A stretch of 64,000 nt of DNA. Source: a candidate division WWE3 bacterium (GTDB lineage: Bacteria; Patescibacteriota; WWE3; UBA101185; UBA10185). Position numbers and translations under genes: made by a program. The stretch spans positions 523,338-587,337 of the forward strand of contig JBPOHV010000001.1 of NCBI GenBank assembly GCA_052035175.1. Reading direction: 5' to 3'. Positions within the stretch are counted from its first letter, which is position 1. Each line of letters starts with the position of its first letter. Below, piece by piece: positions 9,901-19,743 of this stretch. The notes beneath the pieces are model-generated. The model saw only the letters and a program-made list of their open reading frames with translations, was not told the DNA's origin and searched no databases.

Positions 9901-12345
9901 TTATGCAACAATATTTATAATCTTACCTTTGACATAGATAAAGTTTACGATAGATTTACCATCCAAATGCTTTTGTACATTTACAGAATTTAAAGCAAGC
10001 TCTTTTATATCAGCTTCGTTTATGTTTGCATCTACTTCTATTTGGTCGCGACGTTTACCATTGATTTGAATTGGGATAATTAATTTTTCTACAGAAAACA
10101 AAGACGCGTCTACTTTTGGCCAAGATTGTAAATGTACGCTGTTTTCTTTTTTCCATTCACCAAATTTATTTGCATCTTGCCACAAGTCTTCGGCTAAGAA
10201 AGGCATAAATGGCGCAAAGATTTTTATAAATGATTTCCAAACTTCTAAAGGAATAACAGCTTCTTTTTTCAAAATATTTGTAAATTTCATAACTTCGCTT
10301 ACAGCGGTGTTCATTTTTAACCCTTCAAGCATTGGAGTTATTGCTTGAACTGTTTTATTAAAAGCGACAGATAAATGTTGCACTTGTTGGTCTTTGACTT
10401 TGTCTTTTAACTCATACAAAGATCTTGCTAGTTTGAAACACGCGTGCAAACTGCGTTCATTCCAAGGATAAGTTTCTTCGTATGGGCCTAAAAATGCAAA
10501 ACAAATACGTATTGCATCTGCACCATAATTTTCAATTACATATTCTGGATTAACTGTATACTCAGGGCGAGATTTGGACATTTTTTTATGGTCAGCACCC
10601 AAAAGCATACCTCCGCTCATTCTCCAATTAATAGGCTCTGATACAGGAATATGCCCCATATCGTGCAAAGCTTTCACCCAAAATCTAGTATAAATTAAAT
10701 GAGCAGTTGTGTGCCCAGCGTCTCCAAAATATTTATCAACAGGTAACCAATATTTCAATTTTTCTTTATCTGCAAAAGCGTTATCATTTTTGGGGTCGAT
10801 ATACCTTATGTAATACCAATTTGACCCAGCCCAAGTTGGCATCGTTTCAGTTTCTAATTTTGCGGGATTGCCTTGAGAATCTACTGTTGTATTCCATTGT
10901 GTATTTCTCGCCAAAGGGCTCACGCCTTTATCGTCTGGCAAAAAGTCTTGCATAACTGGAAGTTCTAAAGGTAATTTATCTTCTGGAAGAGCTTCTATTT
11001 CACCATTTTGTTTATGTACCAATGGAATAGGTTCACCCCAATATCTTTGGCGTGAAAATATTTGGTCTCTTATTTTATAATTAGTCTTGCGATAGCCCCA
11101 GCCTTTTTCTTCAAAATAGTCTGCAATTTTTGTTGTCGCTACGTGAATATCCATTCCATTCAAAAAATCTGAATTTACCATGGTGCCTTCAGCTTCTTGG
11201 ACTTGATCTGCATTAATTATCTCTGAAGTATCACCATCGCTAGCAACCGCAACACGCTTAATAGGTAAATCAAAAGCTTTTGCAAAAGCAAAGTCTCGTT
11301 TATCGTGGCCGGGTACTCCCATAACTGCACCTGTGCCAAATTGATTTAATACAAAATCAGAAATCCAAATTGGCAACTTTTCATTGTTTAATCTATTCAA
11401 AACATAAAAACCTGTAAACACACCTGTTTTAACTTTACCTTCGGAGAGTCTTTCTAATTCAGATTTATTTGCTGCTTGTTTAATGTACGCTTGGACTTCG
11501 GGCAATTCTGATTTTTGAGCAAATGAGTGCTCGGGTGCCAAAACTACAAAAGTAGCGCCAAAGCTAGTATCTGGCCTAGTTGTAAAACATTCAATTATTT
11601 CAGAAGTTTCAGAACCATCTTCATTTAATACTGGGTATTTGATTACTACACCTACAGATTTACCTATCCAATTGATTTGGCCCAATTTAACCGAATCCAT
11701 GTAATCAACTTGAGATAAACCTTCCAAAAGCTTTTCAGCATAGGCCGGTATATTCAAAACCCATTGTTTAAACATTTTTTTGACTACAGGATGGCTATCT
11801 CTTTCAGAAACTTTTGATCCGTCTTCTTTTGTCAAAACCTCTTCATCAGCCAAAACACCCAAAGCTTCGCACCACCATACAGGCATTTCTTTTTGATAAG
11901 CCAAGCCTTTTTCCCAAAGTTTTATAAACATCCACTGAGTCCATTTGTAATAAGAAGGGTCACATGTATTTACTTCACGACTCCAATCTATTGCATAACC
12001 CATTTTTTGCATTGCAGATTTATAATCTACAGTGGCTTTGGCAATAGCTTCTTGAGGAGTAATGTGCTCTTTTATGGCAAAAGTTTCTGCGGGCAAACCA
12101 AAGCAATCCCACCCCATAGGAAATAATACATTGTAACCTTGCATTCTCAAAAACCTCGAGTAAATCTCTGGGACCGTATATCTCATCATATGGCCAGCGT
12201 GCAGATATTTACCAGAAGGGTAGGGGAGTTCAGCCAAAATGTACTTCTTGGGTTTTTCAGAAAAATCTACTGCTTCATAGATATTGTCTTTATACCAATT
12301 GTCGCGCCATTTATCTTCGATGTTTTTATGATTGTAATCTCCCAT
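9901..12345 (-). CDS. leuS: Leucyl-tRNA synthetase
   Basis: Class I aaRS with a HIGH-type motif (HAGHMM) and KMSKS. Large CP1 editing region. The ORF extends to 12402, but MGDYNHKNIEDKW (start ~12345) matches the usual LeuRS N-terminus, and the repeat-A copy at 12371-12391 then falls in the 5'UTR. Confidence 0.9.
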   Translation of the reverse strand: MGDYNHKNIEDKWRDNWYKDNIYEAVDFSEKPKKYILAELPYPSGKYLHAGHMMRYTVPEIYSRFLRMQGYNVLFPMGWDCFGLPAETFAIKEHITPQEAIAKATVDYKSAMQKMGYAIDWSREVNTCDPSYYKWTQWMFIKLWEKGLAYQKEMPVWWCEALGVLADEEVLTKEDGSKVSERDSHPVVKKMFKQWVLNIPAYAEKLLEGLSQVDYMDSVKLGQINWIGKSVGVVIKYPVLNEDGSETSEIIECFTTRPDTSFGATFVVLAPEHSFAQKSELPEVQAYIKQAANKSELERLSEGKVKTGVFTGFYVLNRLNNEKLPIWISDFVLNQFGTGAVMGVPGHDKRDFAFAKAFDLPIKRVAVASDGDTSEIINADQVQEAEGTMVNSDFLNGMDIHVATTKIADYFEEKGWGYRKTNYKIRDQIFSRQRYWGEPIPLVHKQNGEIEALPEDKLPLELPVMQDFLPDDKGVSPLARNTQWNTTVDSQGNPAKLETETMPTWAGSNWYYIRYIDPKNDNAFADKEKLKYWLPVDKYFGDAGHTTAHLIYTRFWVKALHDMGHIPVSEPINWRMSGGMLLGADHKKMSKSRPEYTVNPEYVIENYGADAIRICFAFLGPYEETYPWNERSLHACFKLARSLYELKDKVKDQQVQHLSVAFNKTVQAITPMLEGLKMNTAVSEVMKFTNILKKEAVIPLEVWKSFIKIFAPFMPFLAEDLWQDANKFGEWKKENSVHLQSWPKVDASLFSVEKLIIPIQINGKRRDQIEVDANINEADIKELALNSVNVQKHLDGKSIVNFIYVKGKIINIVA

Positions 12346-12370
12346 AGAATGAACATATTTTAGCATACAA

Positions 12371-12451
12371 GGGACTGTCCTAAACGGACCCTCCACGTAC
12401 AAGGTTTGAACATAAAAAGTTGTACTTTAAGGTCTGTCCTAAACTGTCCCC
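12371..12451. repeat. Repeat family A pair (GGGACTGTCCTAAACGGACCC / GGTCTGTCCTAAACTGTCCCC), direct orientation
   Basis: Copies at 12371-12391 and 12431-12451 upstream of leuS. Confidence 0.6.
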
Positions 12452-12734
12452 TTGACCTCATAGGCTGTAATATCGTATAGTACGGAGCGTGGCTAAGAAA
12501 AAAGGTAATCGCATCTTAATAGGAATGAAATGCACCGAAACAGGTGTAGTGACCTATTTGACTAGAAAAAATCGTATGAATACCCAAGATAAACTTACAC
12601 TCAAGAAGTTTAATCCAAAACTTAGACGCCATGTCCTTTATAAAGAAGTCACAAAGCTTAAATAATTAGCTCCTTTTTCATCAGTACTACCAAAGATTTT
12701 ACTAGTTTGAATTTTTATATGCTAATATTTATGC

Positions 12735-13640
12735 ATGAATTATTCAAACACAAACACCGTACAAAGCTTTATTCGTGGTTTAGCATGGTTTTTAACATTG
12801 GCATTGCTAATGCTATTTTTTGGTGTGCCTGCAGCTTCACTTTCGCAAGCAGCTACAGGAACATCCTCAACCTTTTTAATACCTGTTTTTGTCTTTAGTG
12901 TTTGGGTTGCGTCAATAGTTTCTAAAATGTTTTTTATACTTCCAGAATGGGAACGTATAGTTATTTTACGTTTGGGAAAATTTGATGGAGTCAAAGGACC
13001 AGGCTATTTTGTAATACCTCCATTTGTTTATTCTGTAGCAGCTATAGTAGACACACGTATAGAAACTCACCAGGTAGAGGCTACTGCAACTTTGACAAAA
13101 GATAACGTCCCAACAAAAGTTACAGCCGCTGTTGAATTTAAATTAGAAGATCCACGAAAAGCTATTGTTGATGTTCAAAATTACCGCCAATCAGTAATAT
13201 GGCTTTCTACTGAAGCGCTCAAAAATACAATAGGTAGCTTGGATCTAAAAGATTTATTAAGCGAAAGAGATCAAATTGCAAAATCTTTACAAACACAAAT
13301 AGATGAAGGTGCTGCAGTTTATGGCATTGACGTTCGAGCCGTACGTATTACCGACATTGACACACCAGCATCATTGATTGAAGAATTAGCAGTAATCGCA
13401 AGAGCGCGCCGAGGAGCAGAAGCCAAACAAATTCAGGCAAATGCAGAAATTTTAGTTGCAGAAAAAATTGCTCAGGCAGGAAGTATATTGGCAAACTCCC
13501 CAGCAGGTATTAAACTAAGAGAGTTACAACTTTTGGCTGAAATTAGCAAAGAACAAGGATCAACCATTGTAGTTTATCCATATCAAGATGCAAACGGTAG
13601 AGAAATTGCACATTCTGCTATAAATAGAATTAAAAGTTAA
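12735..13640 (+). CDS. SPFH/band-7 (stomatin/prohibitin-like) membrane protein
   Basis: 301 aa. N-terminal TM segment. SPFH core (VDTRIETHQVEATATLTKDNV...VEFKLEDPRKA). Coiled-coil C-terminus. Confidence 0.7.
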   Translation: MNYSNTNTVQSFIRGLAWFLTLALLMLFFGVPAASLSQAATGTSSTFLIPVFVFSVWVASIVSKMFFILPEWERIVILRLGKFDGVKGPGYFVIPPFVYSVAAIVDTRIETHQVEATATLTKDNVPTKVTAAVEFKLEDPRKAIVDVQNYRQSVIWLSTEALKNTIGSLDLKDLLSERDQIAKSLQTQIDEGAAVYGIDVRAVRITDIDTPASLIEELAVIARARRGAEAKQIQANAEILVAEKIAQAGSILANSPAGIKLRELQLLAEISKEQGSTIVVYPYQDANGREIAHSAINRIKS

Positions 13641-13669
13641 ACATTTTATAAATTTTTAGAAAGATTATT

Positions 13670-14449
13670 ATGACTGACACAAACAATCAAACAGATATAC
13701 AAAAAAGACCTTTAATTTCTTGCTCACCTATAGGTGGAGTTGCAGCAATGGTTCTTATGACACTAGCTAGTTTTTCTTTGGGTGTAGTTTGGGTAAAAGG
13801 ATTCAACCCATCTATTCCATTTTTAGATAAATACACAAATACTGCAGCCGCAGGTACCCCTGCAGCAAAACCTGCAACAGCTACAGCACTCGACAATTTA
13901 ACAGATGCAGCAAAAAAAGCTGGTGTTGATACTAAAAAATTTGAAACCTGCGTAGCTAACAAAGAAGGTAAAGCAACCGTTGACGCACAAATGGCTGCAG
14001 GAACTACTTTGGGTATAAAAGGCACTCCAGGCGGTTGGTTGGTAAATGTCAAAACTAACAAAGCTGTTCAATTACGTGGCGCTGTAGATTATGCAACTTT
14101 GCAAGCTGATATCAAAGGTTTAATCGCAGGAACTACAGACACTGCAAGCTTGTATACTGGAACATTGCCAACATTAGCAAAAGAAGATCATATTACTGGT
14201 GCAAAAAATCCAACTGTTATATTATTTGAATATTCTGATTATGAATGTCCATTCTGCAGAAGATTTCATCCAACTTCAAAACAAGCTCTAGATGAATTTA
14301 AAAATGAATTCGCCTTGGTATATAGACATTTCCCACTCGAGTCTATACATCCAAAAGCACGTCCAGCTGCTGAAGCGGCAGAGTGCGTAGCAAAACTTGG
14401 TGGAGATACAGCATTTTGGAAATTTACAAATTATATATTTGAGAACTAA
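13670..14449 (+). CDS. DsbA-like thiol:disulfide oxidoreductase (thioredoxin fold, CPFC active site), membrane-anchored
   Basis: 259 aa. N-terminal TM segment. Ala/Thr-rich linker. CPFC motif in a DsbA-like context (YSDYECPFCRRFHP). Confidence 0.7.
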   Translation: MTDTNNQTDIQKRPLISCSPIGGVAAMVLMTLASFSLGVVWVKGFNPSIPFLDKYTNTAAAGTPAAKPATATALDNLTDAAKKAGVDTKKFETCVANKEGKATVDAQMAAGTTLGIKGTPGGWLVNVKTNKAVQLRGAVDYATLQADIKGLIAGTTDTASLYTGTLPTLAKEDHITGAKNPTVILFEYSDYECPFCRRFHPTSKQALDEFKNEFALVYRHFPLESIHPKARPAAEAAECVAKLGGDTAFWKFTNYIFEN

Positions 14450-14461
14450 CCTATAGATCAT

Positions 14462-14484
14462 AGGACCTGGTCTGACCAGGTCTC
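14462..14484. repeat. Repeat family B palindrome AGGACCTGGTCTGACCAGGTCTC
   Basis: Perfect 9-bp arms gacctggtc/gaccaggtc. A near-identical copy lies at 31509-31531. Half-sites occur at 14860-14869, 23191-23209 and 23316-23325. Confidence 0.6.
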
Positions 14485-14584
14485 TAAAGAAAGAGCAGGT
14501 TGAGAGCTCTTATGGTGGGTTATAGTTGCCGTTTGGCAACTGGTTAAGTGTTCTTATTTGGGATGCAGAAACACTTATCAGTTG

Positions 14585-14785
14585 TTATCGGTAACGCGTA
14601 AGTTCCGCTAAAACAGTTTCTGGGTTTTCCACACCAGCGTTTTCTAGTAAGGTGGTAACCTCACTTATCAACCGCTGACGTGTAATTGGTCCAAGGAATC
14701 CGTATGGGAAAGCGGTGCCCTTTAATTGACCAATCTTGTACCAAAAGTCACTGTTCTCGCGGAGCTCATCTGGCATTTTTTCCAT
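14585..14785 (-). CDS. Hypothetical small protein in a GC-rich islet
   Basis: 66-aa ORF. Local GC is clearly higher than the surroundings. The islet is flanked by repeat-B sites at 14462 and 14860. Confidence 0.3.
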   Translation of the reverse strand: MEKMPDELRENSDFWYKIGQLKGTAFPYGFLGPITRQRLISEVTTLLENAGVENPETVLAELTRYR

Positions 14786-14910
14786 ATAAGCCTCCTTTGT
14801 TTTCTCAACCTGCTAGTTCCAGCATTATACCCCATAGCATGTATGTTAGCAAAATACTAGACCTGGTCCTTGTAGTGAAACCCTGATATCCATGCTAGAA
14901 TCCAAGGGTC

Positions 14911-15627
14911 ATGTCACAAACTGACAATTTATCTCCAGGAACATTATATGTAGTAGCTGTACCAATAGGTAATTTTGACGATATTACATTGCGCGCACTG
15001 CAAACACTCAAAACCGTTGATTATGTCTTATGCGAAGATACGCGGACAACTAACACTTTGCTTACACATCACAATATTAAACAAACGCTGATTTCATATC
15101 GAGATCAAAACCACGACCGTATTTATTCAAAAATAATTGAAGACTTAAAAAATGGATTAAACATCGCACTAGTATCTGATAATGGAACACCAACTATTTC
15201 AGATCCAGGTTTTAGGCTTATACACGAAATAAGACAAGGTTTAACCGACCTGCCTGCGCAGACAATGATAAGCCCTATAACAATACCAGGCCCATCTGCG
15301 TTTGTAGCTGCGCTAAGTGTTAGCGGATTACCTACTGACAATGTTTTATTTTGTGGATTTCTACCCAAAACAGCGAGCAAAAGACGTAGTATAATTGAAA
15401 ATGGCGGTAATAGCGAAAGTACATTGATTTTCTATGAATCACCGTATAGAATTAATGCCTTGCTCGCAGAAGTCTACAAAATACTGGGTGATCGCAAAGC
15501 CTTTATAATAAAAGATATAACTAAATCTTTTGAAACTGCTATTTATGGACAGTTATCAGAAATAACACAACAAAAACTAAAAGAAAAAGGCGAGTATACT
15601 GTATTGATAGCAAAGAAAGGATTTTAA
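14911..15627 (+). CDS. rsmI: 16S rRNA (cytidine1402-2'-O)-methyltransferase RsmI (tetrapyrrole methylase family)
   Basis: 238 aa. N-terminus LYVVAVPIGNFDDITLRALQTLKTVDYVLCEDTR is typical of RsmI/YraL. Confidence 0.8.
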   Translation: MSQTDNLSPGTLYVVAVPIGNFDDITLRALQTLKTVDYVLCEDTRTTNTLLTHHNIKQTLISYRDQNHDRIYSKIIEDLKNGLNIALVSDNGTPTISDPGFRLIHEIRQGLTDLPAQTMISPITIPGPSAFVAALSVSGLPTDNVLFCGFLPKTASKRRSIIENGGNSESTLIFYESPYRINALLAEVYKILGDRKAFIIKDITKSFETAIYGQLSEITQQKLKEKGEYTVLIAKKGF

Positions 15628-17684
15628 TGGATACACAAACACTAAACGAAGAAAAACAACATTTAGCAAATACGCTTACAAAAATAATAGAGTCAAAAAC
15701 ATATCTTGAAAAATCTATAGATGCTTTGGGGAGTAATACTTTAGAAACTTTAAAAGAATTAAAAGAAAGCTCCCAATCGGGCGATCTAGAAGACTTTATG
15801 GCGCGTATGTCTGCAGAACATTCAGCTTACAATATTTATGATAAGTATACTCAATTAAGCGAGTTTGAAAGCATGATCCAACAACCATATTTCGCTAGAA
15901 TAGATGTAACCGATGTATCTAACGAAAACTCAACTTCGCTTTCTGCTATTACATCTCATTATATTGGTAAATTTGGTTTTTCTTATAATACACAGCCTAC
16001 AATACTAGACTGGAGAGCAAAAGTTGCATCAATTTACTATAGATACAGATACCCTCAAAAGAATGTTAAATACGATACTCCAGACGGTGAAGTAACTAAA
16101 GACTTAAAGCTCAAAAGAACATACGAAATAGATAACAGTGAATTGGTTAAGTATTATAATAACGACATTCAATTTGATGAATCTGCAGTAATCTCTGAAA
16201 AGATTTCTACTCGTACGGGAGGTGTACTTGAGGATATCGTCGAAACTATTCAAGAAAAACAATTAGATATTATTGAATCTGATCCACGCCGTGTCTGTAT
16301 TGTCCAGGGTTGTGTAGGTAGTGGTAAAAGTACTGTAGCTATTCATAAACTTTCTCATATCTTTTTTAATTTCCCGCAATTGATCAAACCAGAAAGAGCA
16401 CTTTTAGTTGCTAAAAACCAAATTTTAATTGGGTATTTATCTACACTTTTTCCAAAGCTAGGCATTTTCAATATTAGCTATAAGACTCTTCGCGATTTGA
16501 TAATAAACATAATCTTTAGAGAAAAAATACGTGTCAGCGTAGATTTAGACTTGGATCAAGACACATCTCAAATAGATATGACCTATTTAGATAATTTACA
16601 AAAACTAGTCGATAGTGTCGCAATCAAAATAGACAACGAAATTAAAGATTTATTCTCAGATCCAGAATATGCAGCGTTTTCGGGAGCCAAGTACAGTTAT
16701 AACCAAACACCTTATGAAAATATATCAGACATAATCTCAGACATAGAAGAAGAGCTGGATATGCAAAAAGAAAATCTCAAAGAAAACCCTGAATCTCTTC
16801 GCGCCTGGCTTTTTAAAGACAATATTAAAGTACTTCGTAAGCTTATTACCAAACTAAAGAAACTTCAGACTTCTATAGAAGAAGATTATATGACCAGTTT
16901 GGTAAAACAGCTGAAAATTAATACAAAAGAAAAACTAGGTTATAAAGATATATTGCTTTATATTTCTCTACATATCGGCATCATCGGCTTTAAAGATTTT
17001 ATGAAGTATGAATACTGCGTTGTCGACGAGGGTCAAGATTTTAGTTTATTAGAATATCAAGTTCTTGGAAATCTAATTGTTAATGGAAGATTCTCGATAC
17101 TAGGAGATTTGAATCAGGGTTATAAAGAAGAGGGGATTGCATCTTGGGATGACATACAAAAAGTTATAAAAGCTGCGAAAGAAGCTGACGTATTTGAATT
17201 GGATACCAACTATAGAAGCACCAAACCTATTATAGATTTCGCAAATAGTATTTTGGGAAAATACACACAAACCTACCTACCAAAGCCAATAAACCGTAAC
17301 GGTGCCGACCCAGAAATTATACGAACCAATTCATCGGCAGAGCTGTTAACAAAATTTGAACAAGCCATAAGCGCCGATGCCCAAGACCTTAACAAGAGTA
17401 TTGGTATCATTGTTTACGACACGTCGCTGATGGAAGACGTCAATACAATAGTAAATAAGCTTGATATCCAAAAAGACTTGCTTATCAAATTAAATGCTAA
17501 AACACGAATTATTTACCATCCAAAAGCAATTTACCTAACAGACTTTGATGATTGTAAAGGCTTAGAATTTTCTAAAGTCTATGTTTTGGGATTAAATGTA
17601 GATGCAATAAAGACGAGAAAAGAAGCAAAAAGTGCTTTTGTCGCAGTTACTAGAGCCATGAGTCAACTTTCTGTATACTATTAA
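15627..17684 (+). CDS. UvrD/Rep-superfamily DNA helicase (HelD-like)
   Basis: 685 aa. Walker A (GCVGSGKST). DEGQD box (VVDEGQDFS). C-terminal motif VI (VAVTRAMSQL). Long N-terminal accessory region as in helicase IV. Confidence 0.6.
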   Translation: MDTQTLNEEKQHLANTLTKIIESKTYLEKSIDALGSNTLETLKELKESSQSGDLEDFMARMSAEHSAYNIYDKYTQLSEFESMIQQPYFARIDVTDVSNENSTSLSAITSHYIGKFGFSYNTQPTILDWRAKVASIYYRYRYPQKNVKYDTPDGEVTKDLKLKRTYEIDNSELVKYYNNDIQFDESAVISEKISTRTGGVLEDIVETIQEKQLDIIESDPRRVCIVQGCVGSGKSTVAIHKLSHIFFNFPQLIKPERALLVAKNQILIGYLSTLFPKLGIFNISYKTLRDLIINIIFREKIRVSVDLDLDQDTSQIDMTYLDNLQKLVDSVAIKIDNEIKDLFSDPEYAAFSGAKYSYNQTPYENISDIISDIEEELDMQKENLKENPESLRAWLFKDNIKVLRKLITKLKKLQTSIEEDYMTSLVKQLKINTKEKLGYKDILLYISLHIGIIGFKDFMKYEYCVVDEGQDFSLLEYQVLGNLIVNGRFSILGDLNQGYKEEGIASWDDIQKVIKAAKEADVFELDTNYRSTKPIIDFANSILGKYTQTYLPKPINRNGADPEIIRTNSSAELLTKFEQAISADAQDLNKSIGIIVYDTSLMEDVNTIVNKLDIQKDLLIKLNAKTRIIYHPKAIYLTDFDDCKGLEFSKVYVLGLNVDAIKTRKEAKSAFVAVTRAMSQLSVYY

Positions 17685-17689
17685 GCATC

Positions 17690-19225
17690 ATGAAAAAATA
17701 TTCCTTAGCTATTTTAATGGGGTTAACTATACTTTTGCGTATTATCAACCTAGGGTACTCTGATTTTCAAGGTGATGAAATAAAAGCTTTGTATATACCT
17801 GACAATGGCACAAATTTTTCAAATTATCTATTAGATCAACGAAAAGGTCCGACACAATTTTTTGTAACTGCACTGGTCAAGTTGGTTGACGCTGATTATC
17901 AAAATAGGTTTTTGGTAAGACTGCCTTTTGCATTAGCTGGAATTGCGGCAGTTTACTTCTTTTATAAATTTATTGAGATCTATTTTGGAGATCAAATTGC
18001 GTTGATCTCTGCATTTTTCTTTTCTACAAATGGCTTTTTGGTAGCATTTTCACGTATAGTGCAATATCAATCATTTGTTATTTTGTTCATGATTATGGCG
18101 CTATACTTTTTTTCATTGAGTCTATATAGAGAAAAGTGGAGTATAAGCGGACTTTACTTGGGTTTCATTTGTTGGGCGTTATCATTTTTGTCTCATTACG
18201 ATGGCTTATTTATTTTTCCTTTTGTTTTATTTATTCTTGGAAAGAAGTTGTCTCAAGTAAAAACAAGCACTGGTATAGGCTTAGGAGAATTAAAGCATTT
18301 ATTTGGATCAGCCGGTATATTTTTGTTGATAGTATCAGCTTTTTATCTCCCATTCGTACTAAACATAACTCAGGCTACAAAAGATTATTGGTTCGGACGT
18401 ATTACAGGTGGTGTCTCCACAAAAAATTCCAGTTCTAGATATTTGTTTAGCGTATATCAACCAATATATGTATTACACATATATACTTTACTAGGCATCA
18501 CAGGCCTGGTTTCATTTTTTTATAAAAAAAGCGCATCGGTCAGAGGATTTCTTGTAGATAACCAATATTTATTGGCGACTCTTTTTTGGGCAATAATACC
18601 TTTAATTGTTATGGAAGTTTTGATTTCAGTACCAGGTACACATATTTATACATATTTAATTCCTTCTATCGTAATAATGGCATATGGTCTAAATACTCTA
18701 TTCAGTATCGAATTAAAACCTATATGGACAGGAAAGGTCAAAAGCTTATTAAGTATTACAGGCGTATTAACGCTTGCAATCTTTGTTTATGCACAGTCAT
18801 ATGCAATTTATGTAGATAATAAAAGTGAATATCCTTGGGAAGAAGAAAAGTTTGCGATTTGGACATTTCCAAAACCAACACCAAGTTACCATCTGAGCTT
18901 ATTTGGATTTCCTTATTACAGATTTTGGGATGAGGTTGGAGATATAGTAAATTCTGACATGTCACTTGAAGCATATGGAACTAATGAACGCACCAGTATA
19001 TCTAGGTATCACGTACTTTTACCAAAAGAGACAAACATAGCGGGATATTATGTCTATATAATAAATCCGCAAAGCTTTGAAAATGACATTGCACACGAAA
19101 AAGCGGCATACTGGATCAAAAGGTATGCACCAGTCATTACTTTCCGCAAAAACAGTATGGATATTGTAAGGATATACAAAATGCCGCAAGGCGGCTTAGA
19201 GATAATAAAAGCACAAGGCTATTAG
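17690..19225 (+). CDS. GT-C fold glycosyltransferase (ArnT/PMT family 39/83-like) membrane protein
   Basis: 511 aa. More than 10 TM helices. DE motif in the first loop (FQGDEIKALY). Paralog of the gene at 47947-49275. Confidence 0.5.
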   Translation: MKKYSLAILMGLTILLRIINLGYSDFQGDEIKALYIPDNGTNFSNYLLDQRKGPTQFFVTALVKLVDADYQNRFLVRLPFALAGIAAVYFFYKFIEIYFGDQIALISAFFFSTNGFLVAFSRIVQYQSFVILFMIMALYFFSLSLYREKWSISGLYLGFICWALSFLSHYDGLFIFPFVLFILGKKLSQVKTSTGIGLGELKHLFGSAGIFLLIVSAFYLPFVLNITQATKDYWFGRITGGVSTKNSSSRYLFSVYQPIYVLHIYTLLGITGLVSFFYKKSASVRGFLVDNQYLLATLFWAIIPLIVMEVLISVPGTHIYTYLIPSIVIMAYGLNTLFSIELKPIWTGKVKSLLSITGVLTLAIFVYAQSYAIYVDNKSEYPWEEEKFAIWTFPKPTPSYHLSLFGFPYYRFWDEVGDIVNSDMSLEAYGTNERTSISRYHVLLPKETNIAGYYVYIINPQSFENDIAHEKAAYWIKRYAPVITFRKNSMDIVRIYKMPQGGLEIIKAQGY

Positions 19226-19232
19226 TAAAACT

Positions 19233-19586
19233 TTAAAAATAAGCAGAAAATATCAGCAAAAATATGCTTAATGCTGTTATAGCGGTTATCAGTACAAACC
19301 CTGCAGATACATCTTTCAAAATTTTTGCCGTAGGATGAATTTCTTTAAAAAAATGGTCTGTAAAGTTTTCTACAACTGTATTCAACAACTCTGCAGAAAG
19401 AAGTAAGCCGCTAGATATTATAAGTAACCCCCAATCAGTATGTGAAATCTCGAAAAAAAACCCAAGCCATACGGCAAACACTGTGAAAAGTAACTGAATA
19501 CGAAAGTTTACCTCATGAACTAAGGTATGAAGAACTCCTTCAAATGCATATTTAAAGCTTTTTACACGTTTGCGGATCATAAACAA
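19233..19586 (-). CDS. dgkA: Diacylglycerol/undecaprenol kinase (DgkA family)
   Basis: 117 aa with 3 TM helices. DgkA signature (SAELLNTVVENFTDHF...HPTAKILKD). Confidence 0.7.
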   Translation of the reverse strand: MFMIRKRVKSFKYAFEGVLHTLVHEVNFRIQLLFTVFAVWLGFFFEISHTDWGLLIISSGLLLSAELLNTVVENFTDHFFKEIHPTAKILKDVSAGFVLITAITALSIFLLIFSAYF

Positions 19587-19603
19587 ATTATACAGGATCT
19601 GTC

Positions 19604-19720
19604 CTTTCTAAGATATGTACCCGCTATATGATAATAAAAAGTAATGGTACATCAAAATCACCGATACGCCTTTTTTCCCTCAACTATGCGGGTACATATC
19701 TAGATGAGGACAGACCTCGA
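19604..19720. repeat. Long imperfect inverted repeat (~28-bp arms, ~60-bp spacer) in a divergent promoter region
   Basis: The arm atctgtcctttctaagatatgtacccgc (19604-19631) pairs with gcgggtacatatctagatgaggacagac (19692-19719), about 24 of 28 positions matching. Confidence 0.5.
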
Positions 19721-19743
19721 CAACGTATGGTACGATATACGCG

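Noticed and set aside
9711-9911. 66-aa ORF between the SLT and leuS genes
   Set aside because: It covers the conserved-loop hairpin and terminator region and has no coding features.
12440-12735. 300-bp intergenic region upstream of the SPFH gene as a riboswitch or T-box
   Set aside because: No recognisable riboswitch core, T-box specifier/antiterminator, RNase P or SRP RNA motif was found by eye. It is AT-rich with no strong secondary structure.
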